Positions 17,987 through 27,600 of a stretch of DNA of 64,000 nucleotides are shown here, one piece after another (positions within the stretch are counted from its first letter, which is position 1; each line of letters opens with the position of its first letter). The notes under the pieces are model-generated. The model was not told the origin of the DNA. It was given only the letters and a program-made list of their open reading frames with translations, and made no database searches. The position numbers were made by a program, and so were the translations under genes. The DNA is from Patescibacteria group bacterium (GTDB lineage: Bacteria; Patescibacteriota; Patescibacteriia; Patescibacteriales; UBA12465), in the NCBI GenBank assembly GCA_041651355.1, contig JBAZJK010000001.1:683888-747887 (forward strand). Reading direction: 5' to 3'.

Positions 17987-18178
17987 TTATTTAAAACACA
18001 GGTAAGCTAAACCGGCCATGATCATAAAAGTGATGAGCCCGGCCCATAACCAGCCACGACCTGGAAAGATGGTTTCTCCCGGTTGGGGCATGATGTGCAA
18101 ATTTAGCATTAAATTACGGCTCGGCTTAACGGGCGCCGCACTTTTAAAAGTCTGACCGTTGGCTAAATTGCTTAGCAT
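17987..18178 (-). CDS. Possible small membrane protein (63 aa) between the two TSP3-repeat genes
   Basis: ORF with a C-terminal hydrophobic helix (WLWAGLITFMIMAGLAYL), the same strand and tight spacing as its neighbours. No similarity is recognisable. Confidence 0.25.
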   Translation of the reverse strand: MLSNLANGQTFKSAAPVKPSRNLMLNLHIMPQPGETIFPGRGWLWAGLITFMIMAGLAYLCFK

Positions 18179-18190
18179 AGATAAAAGTCC

Positions 18191-18922
18191 TTATCTCGAT
18201 AGCTTACCTGGACCGTTAGGATTATATCCGCCACGGATTTCCACGCTGTCAGTAAATCCATCGTTATCGCTATCGGACAATAAAGGATTGGTTTGATAAG
18301 TATTCACTTCCTCGCCGTCGCTTAAACCGTCATTATCGGAATCGATCAGGTTCGGGTTGGTACCCAGCTGATTCTCTTGGGTGTCATTTAAACCGTCACT
18401 ATCAGAATCAATCGTGCTCAAATCGGGCACAGTCGGAGTCACCACCACGGTTGAAGTCGGAATATCACTGATTATATCTGAGGTGCTGGCCATGTCTGCC
18501 GGAGTCGAACTAGGTGTTTCGGATACTGACGGTGAATTAGTAACCGGAGGGGTCGGCGCACTTGTTTCAATCGGAGAAGGTTCTGGCTCGGAATTCACCA
18601 AAGATGACTGAGCTGTAAATTTGGTATAGGCAAAATAGGCCCCGGCTCCCAAAATGCCAAGGATGATAAAAATAATAACTAATTTTTTAAGTACCTTGCC
18701 GCCTGAGTGTTTAGGGGCGTCTTCCTCTTGATGGGCTACTGCACCTAAACCGACAGTCTGGGCTTCAATTTGAGGCCGAGCCTGAGAAAAGACGCCGACA
18801 CTGTCCACACGGTCGGTCTCGGAAAAGATATCATCAACCTCTTTCTTAGGAGGAACCGATCCCGAGGCTGGAGTGGGGTTCACGCCGTTAGCTGGCGGGG
18901 TGTTAGTGATCTCATTAAACAT
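18191..18922 (-). CDS. Paralogous membrane-anchored TSP3-repeat protein
   Basis: Same architecture as 16940..17983, with TM KLVIIFIILGILGAGAYFAY and C-terminal DSDSDGLNDTQENQLGTNPNLIDSDNDGLSDGEE...SDSDNDGFTDSVEIRGGYNP. Confidence 0.5.
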   Translation of the reverse strand: MFNEITNTPPANGVNPTPASGSVPPKKEVDDIFSETDRVDSVGVFSQARPQIEAQTVGLGAVAHQEEDAPKHSGGKVLKKLVIIFIILGILGAGAYFAYTKFTAQSSLVNSEPEPSPIETSAPTPPVTNSPSVSETPSSTPADMASTSDIISDIPTSTVVVTPTVPDLSTIDSDSDGLNDTQENQLGTNPNLIDSDNDGLSDGEEVNTYQTNPLLSDSDNDGFTDSVEIRGGYNPNGPGKLSR

Positions 18923-19260
18923 ATTTTTTGTTATATAAAAATACCTAAAATTAATCCTTTCATCAGGCTAATATAAAACTAATTACAGTATAACATTTTT
19001 TTAATTTTATCACTATACACAGAACGATAAAAATACAAAACATTGTTATTTCAGGATTTTGGGGCTATTATGATAATAGAAAAGATTTAAATTTTTAAAC
19101 AAGAAAATCTAAATCGTTCCTCTTGACAAAATCAACAAAAAAAACTAATATAACAAGTCTATCTAAAAATAGGCTGAAAGGAGCCATAAAGGCCCAAATA
19201 ACCCAGAACATTAACAAAAAAATAATAAAAACCATGCTAAACCCTTTAATTCAGAAACCC

Positions 19261-21135
19261 ATGAAAAAGTTGTTCTACTTTTTTCTGCTTTTTGGCTGGC
19301 TGTTGATTAATTTCCGGCCGGCTGTTTCCCAGAGCATCACGATGCAAGAAAACTGGAATGTCGCCCTCACCGCCGGAGAAATCTGCCAGGATCTGCAGGT
19401 TATGAACGGCTATGCTTACACCTTAATTTACCGAGGCTACTGGGTAAATTTTGATCATTACCGCGTTGAAAAACGCGATGCCAGTGGCAATGTTGTCGCC
19501 TCAGTCAATAAGGATGATGTCAAATATGACATGAATATGTTGTGTTATGATAATAAAGTCTTACTAACGAGCATGATAGATAATGGCCACTTAACCGGAG
19601 TAAAACTCTATAGCGATAACCTAAGTTTGCTAAAAGACACTACCTGGACTGGTCTAGGAGTCTACCAAAGCCTTTCTTCTAGATTAGATTATTACGGGAA
19701 TTATATCTGGTGGACGACCGAGGGTTGTAATCTGGCAACTATGGTAAAAATTTACAAGATAAACCCAAATACTTTAGCCAGCGTAAATGATTTAACCATT
19801 GACTCAACTAATTTCTCTGGTCTTCTAAAAGAATATGATCTTTTTAATTCATACGGAGGATCTTATTACTTAAATCCTATAATATATAGTTCGGGACCGA
19901 CAACTTCTCAGAAAATCAAATTTGATGGCAACCTGCAAATATTGAATGCTGACCCACCAGAAAACTTAATCTTTTTGATGGATTTATTCGGTTACAATAG
20001 TTCGATATACTACCTAGGTGGTATAAATTCTGGAAGCGGAGGAATTAAACTAATCAAAAAGGATACGAATAATTTTACTAACGCGTGGGAAGTGTCGTTA
20101 ACCAATATAAGCACTTATAGGCGCCCTGGCATACACCCAAATAACAACGTTTTCCTTTTTGCCGACGGGGATGGCACGGTTAGAAAAATTAACCCAAACA
20201 CCGGCAGCAATTTAGGATGGGTCAACGTTGCCAGCCTCTCGCCGATAGATGACGTAGCTCACTATTTCGGGAAGATTAACTGCGGCCAGGATTATCCTTT
20301 CATGATAATCGGGCCAACCGGGACCAACCCCAGCGAACCATTCAAAATCTACCTCCTCGATCCAGCCAGCCTCGGAACGCTGTCGATTAAGACTATGAAC
20401 AATATTAGTCCTAATTACAAAATCATAGAAGCTGGAGATAAGATCTACATTATCAACGACCGAATCATTGAATTATCGGTTTTAGTCTGGCCAAGCATCA
20501 ACCTGGTTGACCTTGGTAGCGGGCAGGTTATTAACCCTGGCAACTACATTATCAACCTTAGCACGCCCAATGTCCCGGACACGGTCATCTTCAACAGCAA
20601 TGGAGACTTTGGTATCAAGAACGTTAGCGGTAGCTCAAAAACCATCAAATGCAAAAAGGTGATACTGAACCAAGTCAATGGCGCCAGTAACTGCTTTGTC
20701 TGGGATACGCTCTATAACTCTTCCGTTTCTATCTCGGGACCGCTGATAATAGCTTCAGACAGCATCTTTAGCGGCTTTCGATCTCTTTACAGCTGGAATA
20801 ATCATTTAGGTTGGACTTCTATCCGTTATGTCTTCTTCAATCAGGACGACCCGACAGATTCTACCTGGTACCAAGTAACCTATGACATCGTCACCGGACT
20901 GGAAGAAAATCAAGCCACAAGCTTAAAAGTCTATCCTAATCCGGTTAAAGATTATCTCTATTTGGATAACGCCCTTAATCCTGTAGTAGAAATCTTTGAT
21001 GCCCTGGGCAACCTGGTGTTGACTGCCAATGCTACTCGCCTGGATCTTTCCACTCTCCCTAGCGGCCTTTACCTTTGCCGGATTAAACAAAACGACAATG
21101 GCAAAGTAGAAGTAAGGAAATTTCTTAAGCAATAA
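19261..21135 (+). CDS. Secreted protein with a C-terminal T9SS-type (Por_Secre_tail-like) sorting domain; the ORF track starts it at 19123
   Basis: Signal peptide MKKLFYFFLLFGWLLINFRPAVSQ. The last about 75 aa read KVYPNPVKDYLYLD...VEIFDALGNLV...LDLSTLPSGLYLCRIKQNDNGKVEVRKFLKQ. Confidence 0.55.
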   Translation: MKKLFYFFLLFGWLLINFRPAVSQSITMQENWNVALTAGEICQDLQVMNGYAYTLIYRGYWVNFDHYRVEKRDASGNVVASVNKDDVKYDMNMLCYDNKVLLTSMIDNGHLTGVKLYSDNLSLLKDTTWTGLGVYQSLSSRLDYYGNYIWWTTEGCNLATMVKIYKINPNTLASVNDLTIDSTNFSGLLKEYDLFNSYGGSYYLNPIIYSSGPTTSQKIKFDGNLQILNADPPENLIFLMDLFGYNSSIYYLGGINSGSGGIKLIKKDTNNFTNAWEVSLTNISTYRRPGIHPNNNVFLFADGDGTVRKINPNTGSNLGWVNVASLSPIDDVAHYFGKINCGQDYPFMIIGPTGTNPSEPFKIYLLDPASLGTLSIKTMNNISPNYKIIEAGDKIYIINDRIIELSVLVWPSINLVDLGSGQVINPGNYIINLSTPNVPDTVIFNSNGDFGIKNVSGSSKTIKCKKVILNQVNGASNCFVWDTLYNSSVSISGPLIIASDSIFSGFRSLYSWNNHLGWTSIRYVFFNQDDPTDSTWYQVTYDIVTGLEENQATSLKVYPNPVKDYLYLDNALNPVVEIFDALGNLVLTANATRLDLSTLPSGLYLCRIKQNDNGKVEVRKFLKQ

Positions 21136-21154
21136 GCTCTTTACGGCTCTATAC

Positions 21155-21190
21155 AAAAATCCTCTGTACGAGAAACAGAGGATTTTTTAA
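21155..21190. terminator. Bidirectional terminator between the T9SS-CTD gene (+) and the small ORF 21201..21515 (-)
   Basis: Stem aaaatcctctgt / acagaggatttt with T6 downstream. Confidence 0.55.
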
Positions 21191-21200
21191 TTTCCTAAAA

Positions 21201-21515
21201 CTACTGCTTTATTTCTGGCCGAGGCGGCCTTTGAACTTCAAGCTGCCGCAAGTCTGTCACGACATCGCTGTCTTTACGGATAAGCTTATAAACAATTACA
21301 TTGTTGCCGGAGTCACGCTGAATAACCTGTGCCCTAGTATTAGGGTCAAGATTCTTGGCTGCTTTCTCGGCGGCGGTCATATATTCAACCTTGAAACTCT
21401 GCGCTGGCGCTTGATTATTATTAGCCCCTTTATTTATCCTGACAAAAACCCAGGATAAAACTGCGATAAGGATTAAAAGGGCTAGGACTAATAAAATTAT
21501 TTTCTTTTTATTCAT
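21201..21515 (-). CDS. Small N-terminally anchored membrane protein (104 aa), last gene of the giant-protein run
   Basis: N-terminal TM IILLVLALLILIAVLSWVFV, located 9 nt downstream of the stop of giant gene D. Confidence 0.4.
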   Translation of the reverse strand: MNKKKIILLVLALLILIAVLSWVFVRINKGANNNQAPAQSFKVEYMTAAEKAAKNLDPNTRAQVIQRDSGNNVIVYKLIRKDSDVVTDLRQLEVQRPPRPEIKQ

Positions 21516-21524
21516 AAATTTATT

Positions 21525-24500
21525 TTATACTGGGCCTTGGTTGCACATCGAGGGGTTATCATGCGGGAAACAAAACTCATAGCTGGTTTTATGACAGCAA
21601 AGATAGCCGGTTTCGCAATATTCATAATTCCCGCAATTCGGCAATTTGCATTGCTTATTGCTAGTGCAAACCTTGCCTTCGGGACAACCATCGTCTCCGG
21701 TGCCAGTGCCGCACAAACCGCCACAACCGTCGGCTCCGCACTGTTTATTAGTACAATTCCTTTGACAGCATTGACCATTCTTGCAAATCTGCCCAGGCGG
21801 AGTTTCGCAAACGCCACAAGATCCGCCGCAGCCATCTGGGCCGCATTGCTTATTAGTACAATTCGGGCAACAACCTTCTCTTTCACAACCATCAACCACG
21901 TTATTATTGCAATTTTTCCAACCGACTGCACAGGTAAACACTGAATTATTAAATACCTGATGGGGATACAAGCATGTCCCATCCGCCCCGGTTGGATTAT
22001 CAAACTGGCAATTGCTTGCACATTTTAGGGTTAAGCCTCCATAGGGCGCAACCGACCAAAAATTAAAATCTTTGCAGGTCTTGCCGCCAAAATCACACTG
22101 CCCGTTAGTAACATCGCAATCGCAAACTTCGCTAATTTGATTAATAATACCGTCACCACAAGTGGCCCCGGGGGGTGTACTACCGCCAGCGGCTTGTCCG
22201 CAATCTTCCGGGGCATTGATAGGAGTTTCTAAAGGAAGGCCGCTGCTATAATCTATAGTTTCACATAAGCCATCACCTTTAAACCCGCCGCCCTTAAGAG
22301 GCGAAGAGAACACGCAATAAGAACCGTTTTTTATCGGATACACAAAATCAGAATTTGAATCACAAGAATACTGTCTGGAAATACTGCTGTTAGCCGGCCA
22401 ATCGCTAATAAGAGGCACGGAACGGGTCGTTGAGGCAATGCCGTCGCAATCCTCAAAACCATCATTATAATAACCACCCTTCCCCTCAGTGTTCGGATAA
22501 CCCTTCACCCCGTCGCCGCAAAAACTATTAATCTTCAAACTAAAAGATTTACTACTAGCGGTCTTAAAATCATTGGTAGCTGTAATCGTCACGTCATATG
22601 AACCAATATCACCGATAGTAATATTCGGAACCGCAGTATTATTATGTATATAATAACGATTTGAATCAATCTCTCCGGGGTTATTTATGGCCGCATAAGC
22701 TTCCTTATCAACGAATAAACTAGAAGAGCCAAACAAACCGCTTAACAATCTCATAAACCACGATTTTTTAGCTACTGTATTAGTATTTTTATCTTTAGAA
22801 ACCTGACTATAGTTGTTATCAAGTATTAAAGCATTACTAGAGGGCAAGCCAATGGCGGTATAGGAAATTGTATAATCACCTTGTAACCTATTACCAATAA
22901 AACAAGCATAAGGGCGGCCAACCCTGGCTTCTGCTGGACAATTAAAATCAAGAATTGGAGGGGTGACTACTATATTAAACTTGATTTTTTTAGAAACTCC
23001 ACCAGGGCCACCAACAGATAATAAATAAACTGTAGTTGTGTTGGATAAGAAGGGACCGTTAGGATAACTTCCAGTGCTTAAAGACTTTAAGTCATTTCTA
23101 TTAGACTTCATTTTTATCTCATATTTATTCTCGCCCAACCTAGTAGACGACAAAAGAGCCGGGTCAAAATCACCTAAATTTCTCCCGCCGCCAGTTTCGC
23201 GTGTTAAAGTTTTTGATAAGCTACCATCTCCAGTATAAATAAAGGAGTATTCTAGATTGCTATTCGGCTTGAGCACGTGCGTGATATCTTCGGCCTCGAG
23301 AAGGACTTGAGATTCAGAGATCTTAATCGGTATAGTGGTGGTGGTCATGGTGCCATTACCATCATTAACGGAAAAACTGAAGTGATAGTTGCCCGGATCA
23401 CCGGCCTTAGCTGCGTGCAATTTGATCTGGTTAGGATTATTAGTCATTTGCATCACTGGCATATTATCCCAGGACCAATCATCGGTAGGTACAAAATTAA
23501 AAGTCAAAGGGTTGTTTTCAGCATCAAAAACTTTGATGAAACCGTTAAATTCCTGGCCGCTAATACCGTTTAACTGATAATCAACTATCTTAGGCGGGGT
23601 ATTGGCAGCGCTGGTATTATTAATAATGGCATCAGCGCATCTAAACTTGGATAAAGCGTTGCCAGAGGTGTTATATTCATCCGGACTTTCCATACCGGCG
23701 CATAAAGTATAGGCTGAGCCATTACTGTCAGTAGAGTAATAGATAACTCGACTCATAGCTGGAAACTTGAGGTGCTTCCCGTCGGATGTCTTTTCAAAAA
23801 AAGTGTTATTATTCTTATTCCAACAAGTAGCCGCCTCAAAGCCTGGGCAATAGCCCATGGAGTCGATGGGGTCACTAAGCGTACTTAAACTTAAAGCCGG
23901 CAAGAGCACTTCGCGCCAACTAGGCCAAGTTGAAACTGTCTTGTGTTTTACGAAAGTGCCAGCATCTAAGACCGGGAAACGCTTATTGGCCGTTCGGTAA
24001 TTCGCTAAAGCTGCATCTAATTCTGACAAACGAGCCACCCGTTCAATATCTCTCGTTATTTTAGCTTTCAGGCTGGAACAAAAAACGCCGACTGAACAGT
24101 CAGTATCCGAATTACACTTTGAATCATTCTGAGGAATGCATTTATTGCGATAATCGCTGGCATCAGCGCTGCATTTATAACCAGTGGCACAATCTTTATC
24201 AGAATTACAGGGTACGGAACCAATATTGCAATTGCCTTCCAAAGAAGCCGAAGGGAAATTCTCATTAAACTTCCAATGGGAAACGATACTCCCTAAAACA
24301 TCGGAAGTTTGGGTATTAGCGGTTTGATTATATGAGATCAGATAAATATTAGTATATATGGTGGTGCCGATAACATTGGTCGCGTTTACATAAACTGTCC
24401 GGCCATCGCGGATTGCTTCATAGCCATCAACCGTCAAGGCTTGGGGGGAGCCTTTGAAGCCCTGCTCTTTATACCAGCGGGAAATCGAATAATGATGAGG

Positions 24501-24632
24501 ATTAGGTAGCACTCGGACCGCAATGGCGTCGGAGCTGTCTTGCTGGGCTCTAGTTAGCGGAGAAAAAAATAATAGGCTACCGAAAATAAAACCCAAAGCA
24601 AGAAAAAAAATTATAAATTTATGTTTTGACAT
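21525..24632 (-). CDS. Giant secreted cysteine-rich protein D (about 1,035 aa from the signal-peptide Met; the ORF track extends to 24689)
   Basis: Signal peptide MSKHKFIIFFLALGFIFGSLLFFSPLTRAQ. Contains CGDGVKGYP...EDCDG and CGDGIINQISEVCDCD (DUF4215-like). The C-terminus has tandem NCTNKQCG[PA]DGCGG[SL]CG modules and many Cys. Confidence 0.7.
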   Translation of the reverse strand: MSKHKFIIFFLALGFIFGSLLFFSPLTRAQQDSSDAIAVRVLPNPHHYSISRWYKEQGFKGSPQALTVDGYEAIRDGRTVYVNATNVIGTTIYTNIYLISYNQTANTQTSDVLGSIVSHWKFNENFPSASLEGNCNIGSVPCNSDKDCATGYKCSADASDYRNKCIPQNDSKCNSDTDCSVGVFCSSLKAKITRDIERVARLSELDAALANYRTANKRFPVLDAGTFVKHKTVSTWPSWREVLLPALSLSTLSDPIDSMGYCPGFEAATCWNKNNNTFFEKTSDGKHLKFPAMSRVIYYSTDSNGSAYTLCAGMESPDEYNTSGNALSKFRCADAIINNTSAANTPPKIVDYQLNGISGQEFNGFIKVFDAENNPLTFNFVPTDDWSWDNMPVMQMTNNPNQIKLHAAKAGDPGNYHFSFSVNDGNGTMTTTTIPIKISESQVLLEAEDITHVLKPNSNLEYSFIYTGDGSLSKTLTRETGGGRNLGDFDPALLSSTRLGENKYEIKMKSNRNDLKSLSTGSYPNGPFLSNTTTVYLLSVGGPGGVSKKIKFNIVVTPPILDFNCPAEARVGRPYACFIGNRLQGDYTISYTAIGLPSSNALILDNNYSQVSKDKNTNTVAKKSWFMRLLSGLFGSSSLFVDKEAYAAINNPGEIDSNRYYIHNNTAVPNITIGDIGSYDVTITATNDFKTASSKSFSLKINSFCGDGVKGYPNTEGKGGYYNDGFEDCDGIASTTRSVPLISDWPANSSISRQYSCDSNSDFVYPIKNGSYCVFSSPLKGGGFKGDGLCETIDYSSGLPLETPINAPEDCGQAAGGSTPPGATCGDGIINQISEVCDCDVTNGQCDFGGKTCKDFNFWSVAPYGGLTLKCASNCQFDNPTGADGTCLYPHQVFNNSVFTCAVGWKNCNNNVVDGCEREGCCPNCTNKQCGPDGCGGSCGVCETPPGQICKNGQCCQRNCTNKQCGADGCGGLCGTGTGDDGCPEGKVCTSNKQCKLPNCGNYEYCETGYLCCHKTSYEFCFPHDNPSMCNQGPV

Positions 24633-24651
24633 ATTTGAAATGATGCTAATT

Positions 24652-27600
24652 TTATCGTAAACCTCCGCCTCCGGCCTGCTCATATTCACAGGTATCCCAA
24701 TCTAGAGTATTTTTATTAAACCAATTACTCTTACAACTATATGAACAGTTAGAAAGACTGCAACTACTATCATTATATATCGGGGGCTTGGTAGCGGATA
24801 GATCCCATGACGTACAGGTGGTACCGTTGAAACTTATACAAGGGACAGAAAATACAGGGCTAGTACAAAAATTTACGTGATTAAAATTAGTATAACCCTT
24901 TGTCTGGTAAAAAGATTGGTATTCCGTGCTGCCGCAAGCGACATCTTTATATAGCCTACAATCTGAGCCACAGGTGAAACTGCCCTTCCCGGGGCCATCG
25001 CACTGTTCGTTGCCATTAATCACGCCATCGCCACAGCGTTCACAAACACCGCTATTGCAATTATAACTTCCAGGGCAAGTTTGCCCGCAGTCACCACAAT
25101 TTGTCTTATCGTTGCCCTGGACATTCGTTTCACATCCATCTTTAGCGCCAGTACAATCTTTATAGGGAGCATTACAACTATAATAACAAGCATTCAAAGG
25201 ACAAGTGCTGTTATTATAGACTGGGGGCAGCGTGCTTGAATACTGCCAACTGCCTGCCGGGCAATTATTGCTAATGTTATATTTACCATTTTCACAATAA
25301 ACTTTAAAAACCACGGCTGAAGACCCGCAAAAATTCATGCTAGACCAATTACTATAACCATTAGAAGACCAATAAGTCTGATATCCAGGACTAGTACAAG
25401 CAACTTGTTGATAAACTTTACAAGTCTCGTTGTCGCAGTATAAACCTCCGCCAGGATCAGTACCATCGCATTCTTCATTACCGTTCTTCACGCCATCGCC
25501 GCATCTCTGGCAGCTGCCGGCTATACATTGATATGACCCCGAACAAGTAGAATTAGGGCCGGTACAAGCACCACAATGATTTTCATCACTACTTAGGTCA
25601 ACCTCGCAAGTATCGATATCCTGCCCGTTACAATTACCTTTGCCAGCCTTACAATTATATTCGCATTGCTTATAGGCATTGCAAACGCCATAAGGATCGG
25701 GAGAAAAAACAGGATTTTGAGTTGGCCCCCAAACACTACAATAAGTCTGGCCTCCTTGGACAGCTGACCCGCTACAAATCTGAGTGTAAGTGCCACAGAA
25801 AAAATTTATATTATTTAAATTAGAGTAACCGGAATCTGCGCAAGACATAGTCCTAACTATTTTACAATCTAAATTACAGGACAAGGACGGAGTTTCGCTC
25901 TTAAAATTGGGGCTGGAATTATAATCGCATTGTTCTGACCCAGTCACAAAACCATCGCCGCAACTACCCTCCTTACATACTTTATTGATTGGATCCCATT
26001 CATAGCCTGGACTACAAGCACAGGAACCGCTCTGGCAAAAACCATGGCTACCAAAACTACCATTGTTACATTTATTACCGCACGTGCCGCAATTTAGCAG
26101 GTCATGCTGAAGATCTACGCAAACACCGCTACATTCGCCAGAGGAACAAGCGCAGGATCCATTAACACACTGGCTCAAAGTCGGACAAGCGTTATTACAT
26201 GCGCCGCAGTGGCTGTTGTTAGAGGCGGTATTTATTTCACAACCATTAGCAGTATTTTCGTCACAATCACGGTAACTCCCGGAACAATCGCAAGATTTGC
26301 TGGGCCAAGTGCCAAGACAATCATAGTTCTTACCTGTATCGCAAGCTTGGCCACAGGCGCCGCAGTTGCTAAAATTGCTCAGACTAGTCTGACAACCGAC
26401 ATCGGTGCCACATTTGCCAAAAGGTTCATTCGGATTGCATTTAAACCGGCAAGTAGTTTCTGATCCTTGGATGTTATATTCGGTCACCAAATCTTTAGGC
26501 GGGTTAGCCTCCCAGGCGCCACAAGCATTATTAGCGCCATTAGCGCCGGTGCATTTAATGTTATATCCATTCACAGAATTAAAAACATTATAACCGGCCG
26601 GAAGGGCGGGACAAGAATAGAAATAATTTCCATATTTACAATTTTCCGTACAGCCAGAACTCGCATTATTATTACCAGAACCAAAATCACATTGTTCCGG
26701 ACTAGTTACCAGGCCGTTGCCACAGATAGGAGCTGAGCATGAAGCGTTGCTACTGCCCGCCCCAGACCCAAAACAAGTCCAAATATACTTGCCTCCAGAA
26801 GGAGTGACCGCTGAAGCGCTCCCGCTGGCACAGAGTCCTGAGGTAGGCGTAGAAGTAAGCGGCAGGTTATGGGCCTCACCGCACACTCCGCTAGACCGAC
26901 GAGTCGCCGAACAATTGACTGGGCTACCGTTATTGCCATCACAACTCCAATTCCAGCCGGCAGAGTTGGAAACAAAATCTTTGACGGTCCCTACACCACA
27001 GTTGCCCGCATCATAATAAGTCAGGCTAGTTAAATCCTTGCCATTGTTAGCCCCGCAAACCGGAGTTACTTTACAATCGCTCCACAGACAAGCATCACAA
27101 GTTTTTTTGCCAGAAAACCCACTCCAAACACAATCCTGAGGCTGAGGCCAAGCTCCGCTAGAATCTTGTTCACACTGCTCACGGCCTTCCAGTTGCTTAT
27201 TACCACAAGCCTGAGAACCTATATTGCAATTCCCTAGATGACAACCCGCTTCACAATTAGTTGTTCCTGAGTATAAACCGAGATTGCAATTGAAAGATCC
27301 CGAGCCGTCACAAGCTTCAGGACCGTTAGTAATTCCATCGCCGCAAGATTCGGCTGCTTGGCAAGCATTCCAAGCCCGGCAACCATCAGTTTCGCTGCTG
27401 CTAACGCAAGTCTGCTGCCCCCTATAACTACTGCCTGATAAAATACAGGCTTTCGAATTATTATCGCAAATCTCATTATTACCCGGCTCTATCAAGCCAT
27501 TACCGCATTTATTAAGATTGCCGAGATCAAGAGCGATCGGCTCAGATTTATTACTCTCGACTCCATTCGCTCCAATAGCGCTCAGGGCAAAATAATGGAT

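Noticed and set aside
21512-22021. Overlapping ORFs 21512..22021 (-) and 21537..21944 (+) inside giant gene D, and similar internal ORFs in the other giant genes (for example 26104..26463, 26467..26736, 26717..27016 and 30608..31123)
   Set aside because: They are alternate-frame or antisense products of the GC-rich, low-complexity Cys/Gly/Ala coding sequence of the giant genes. None has an independent start context or recognisable protein features.
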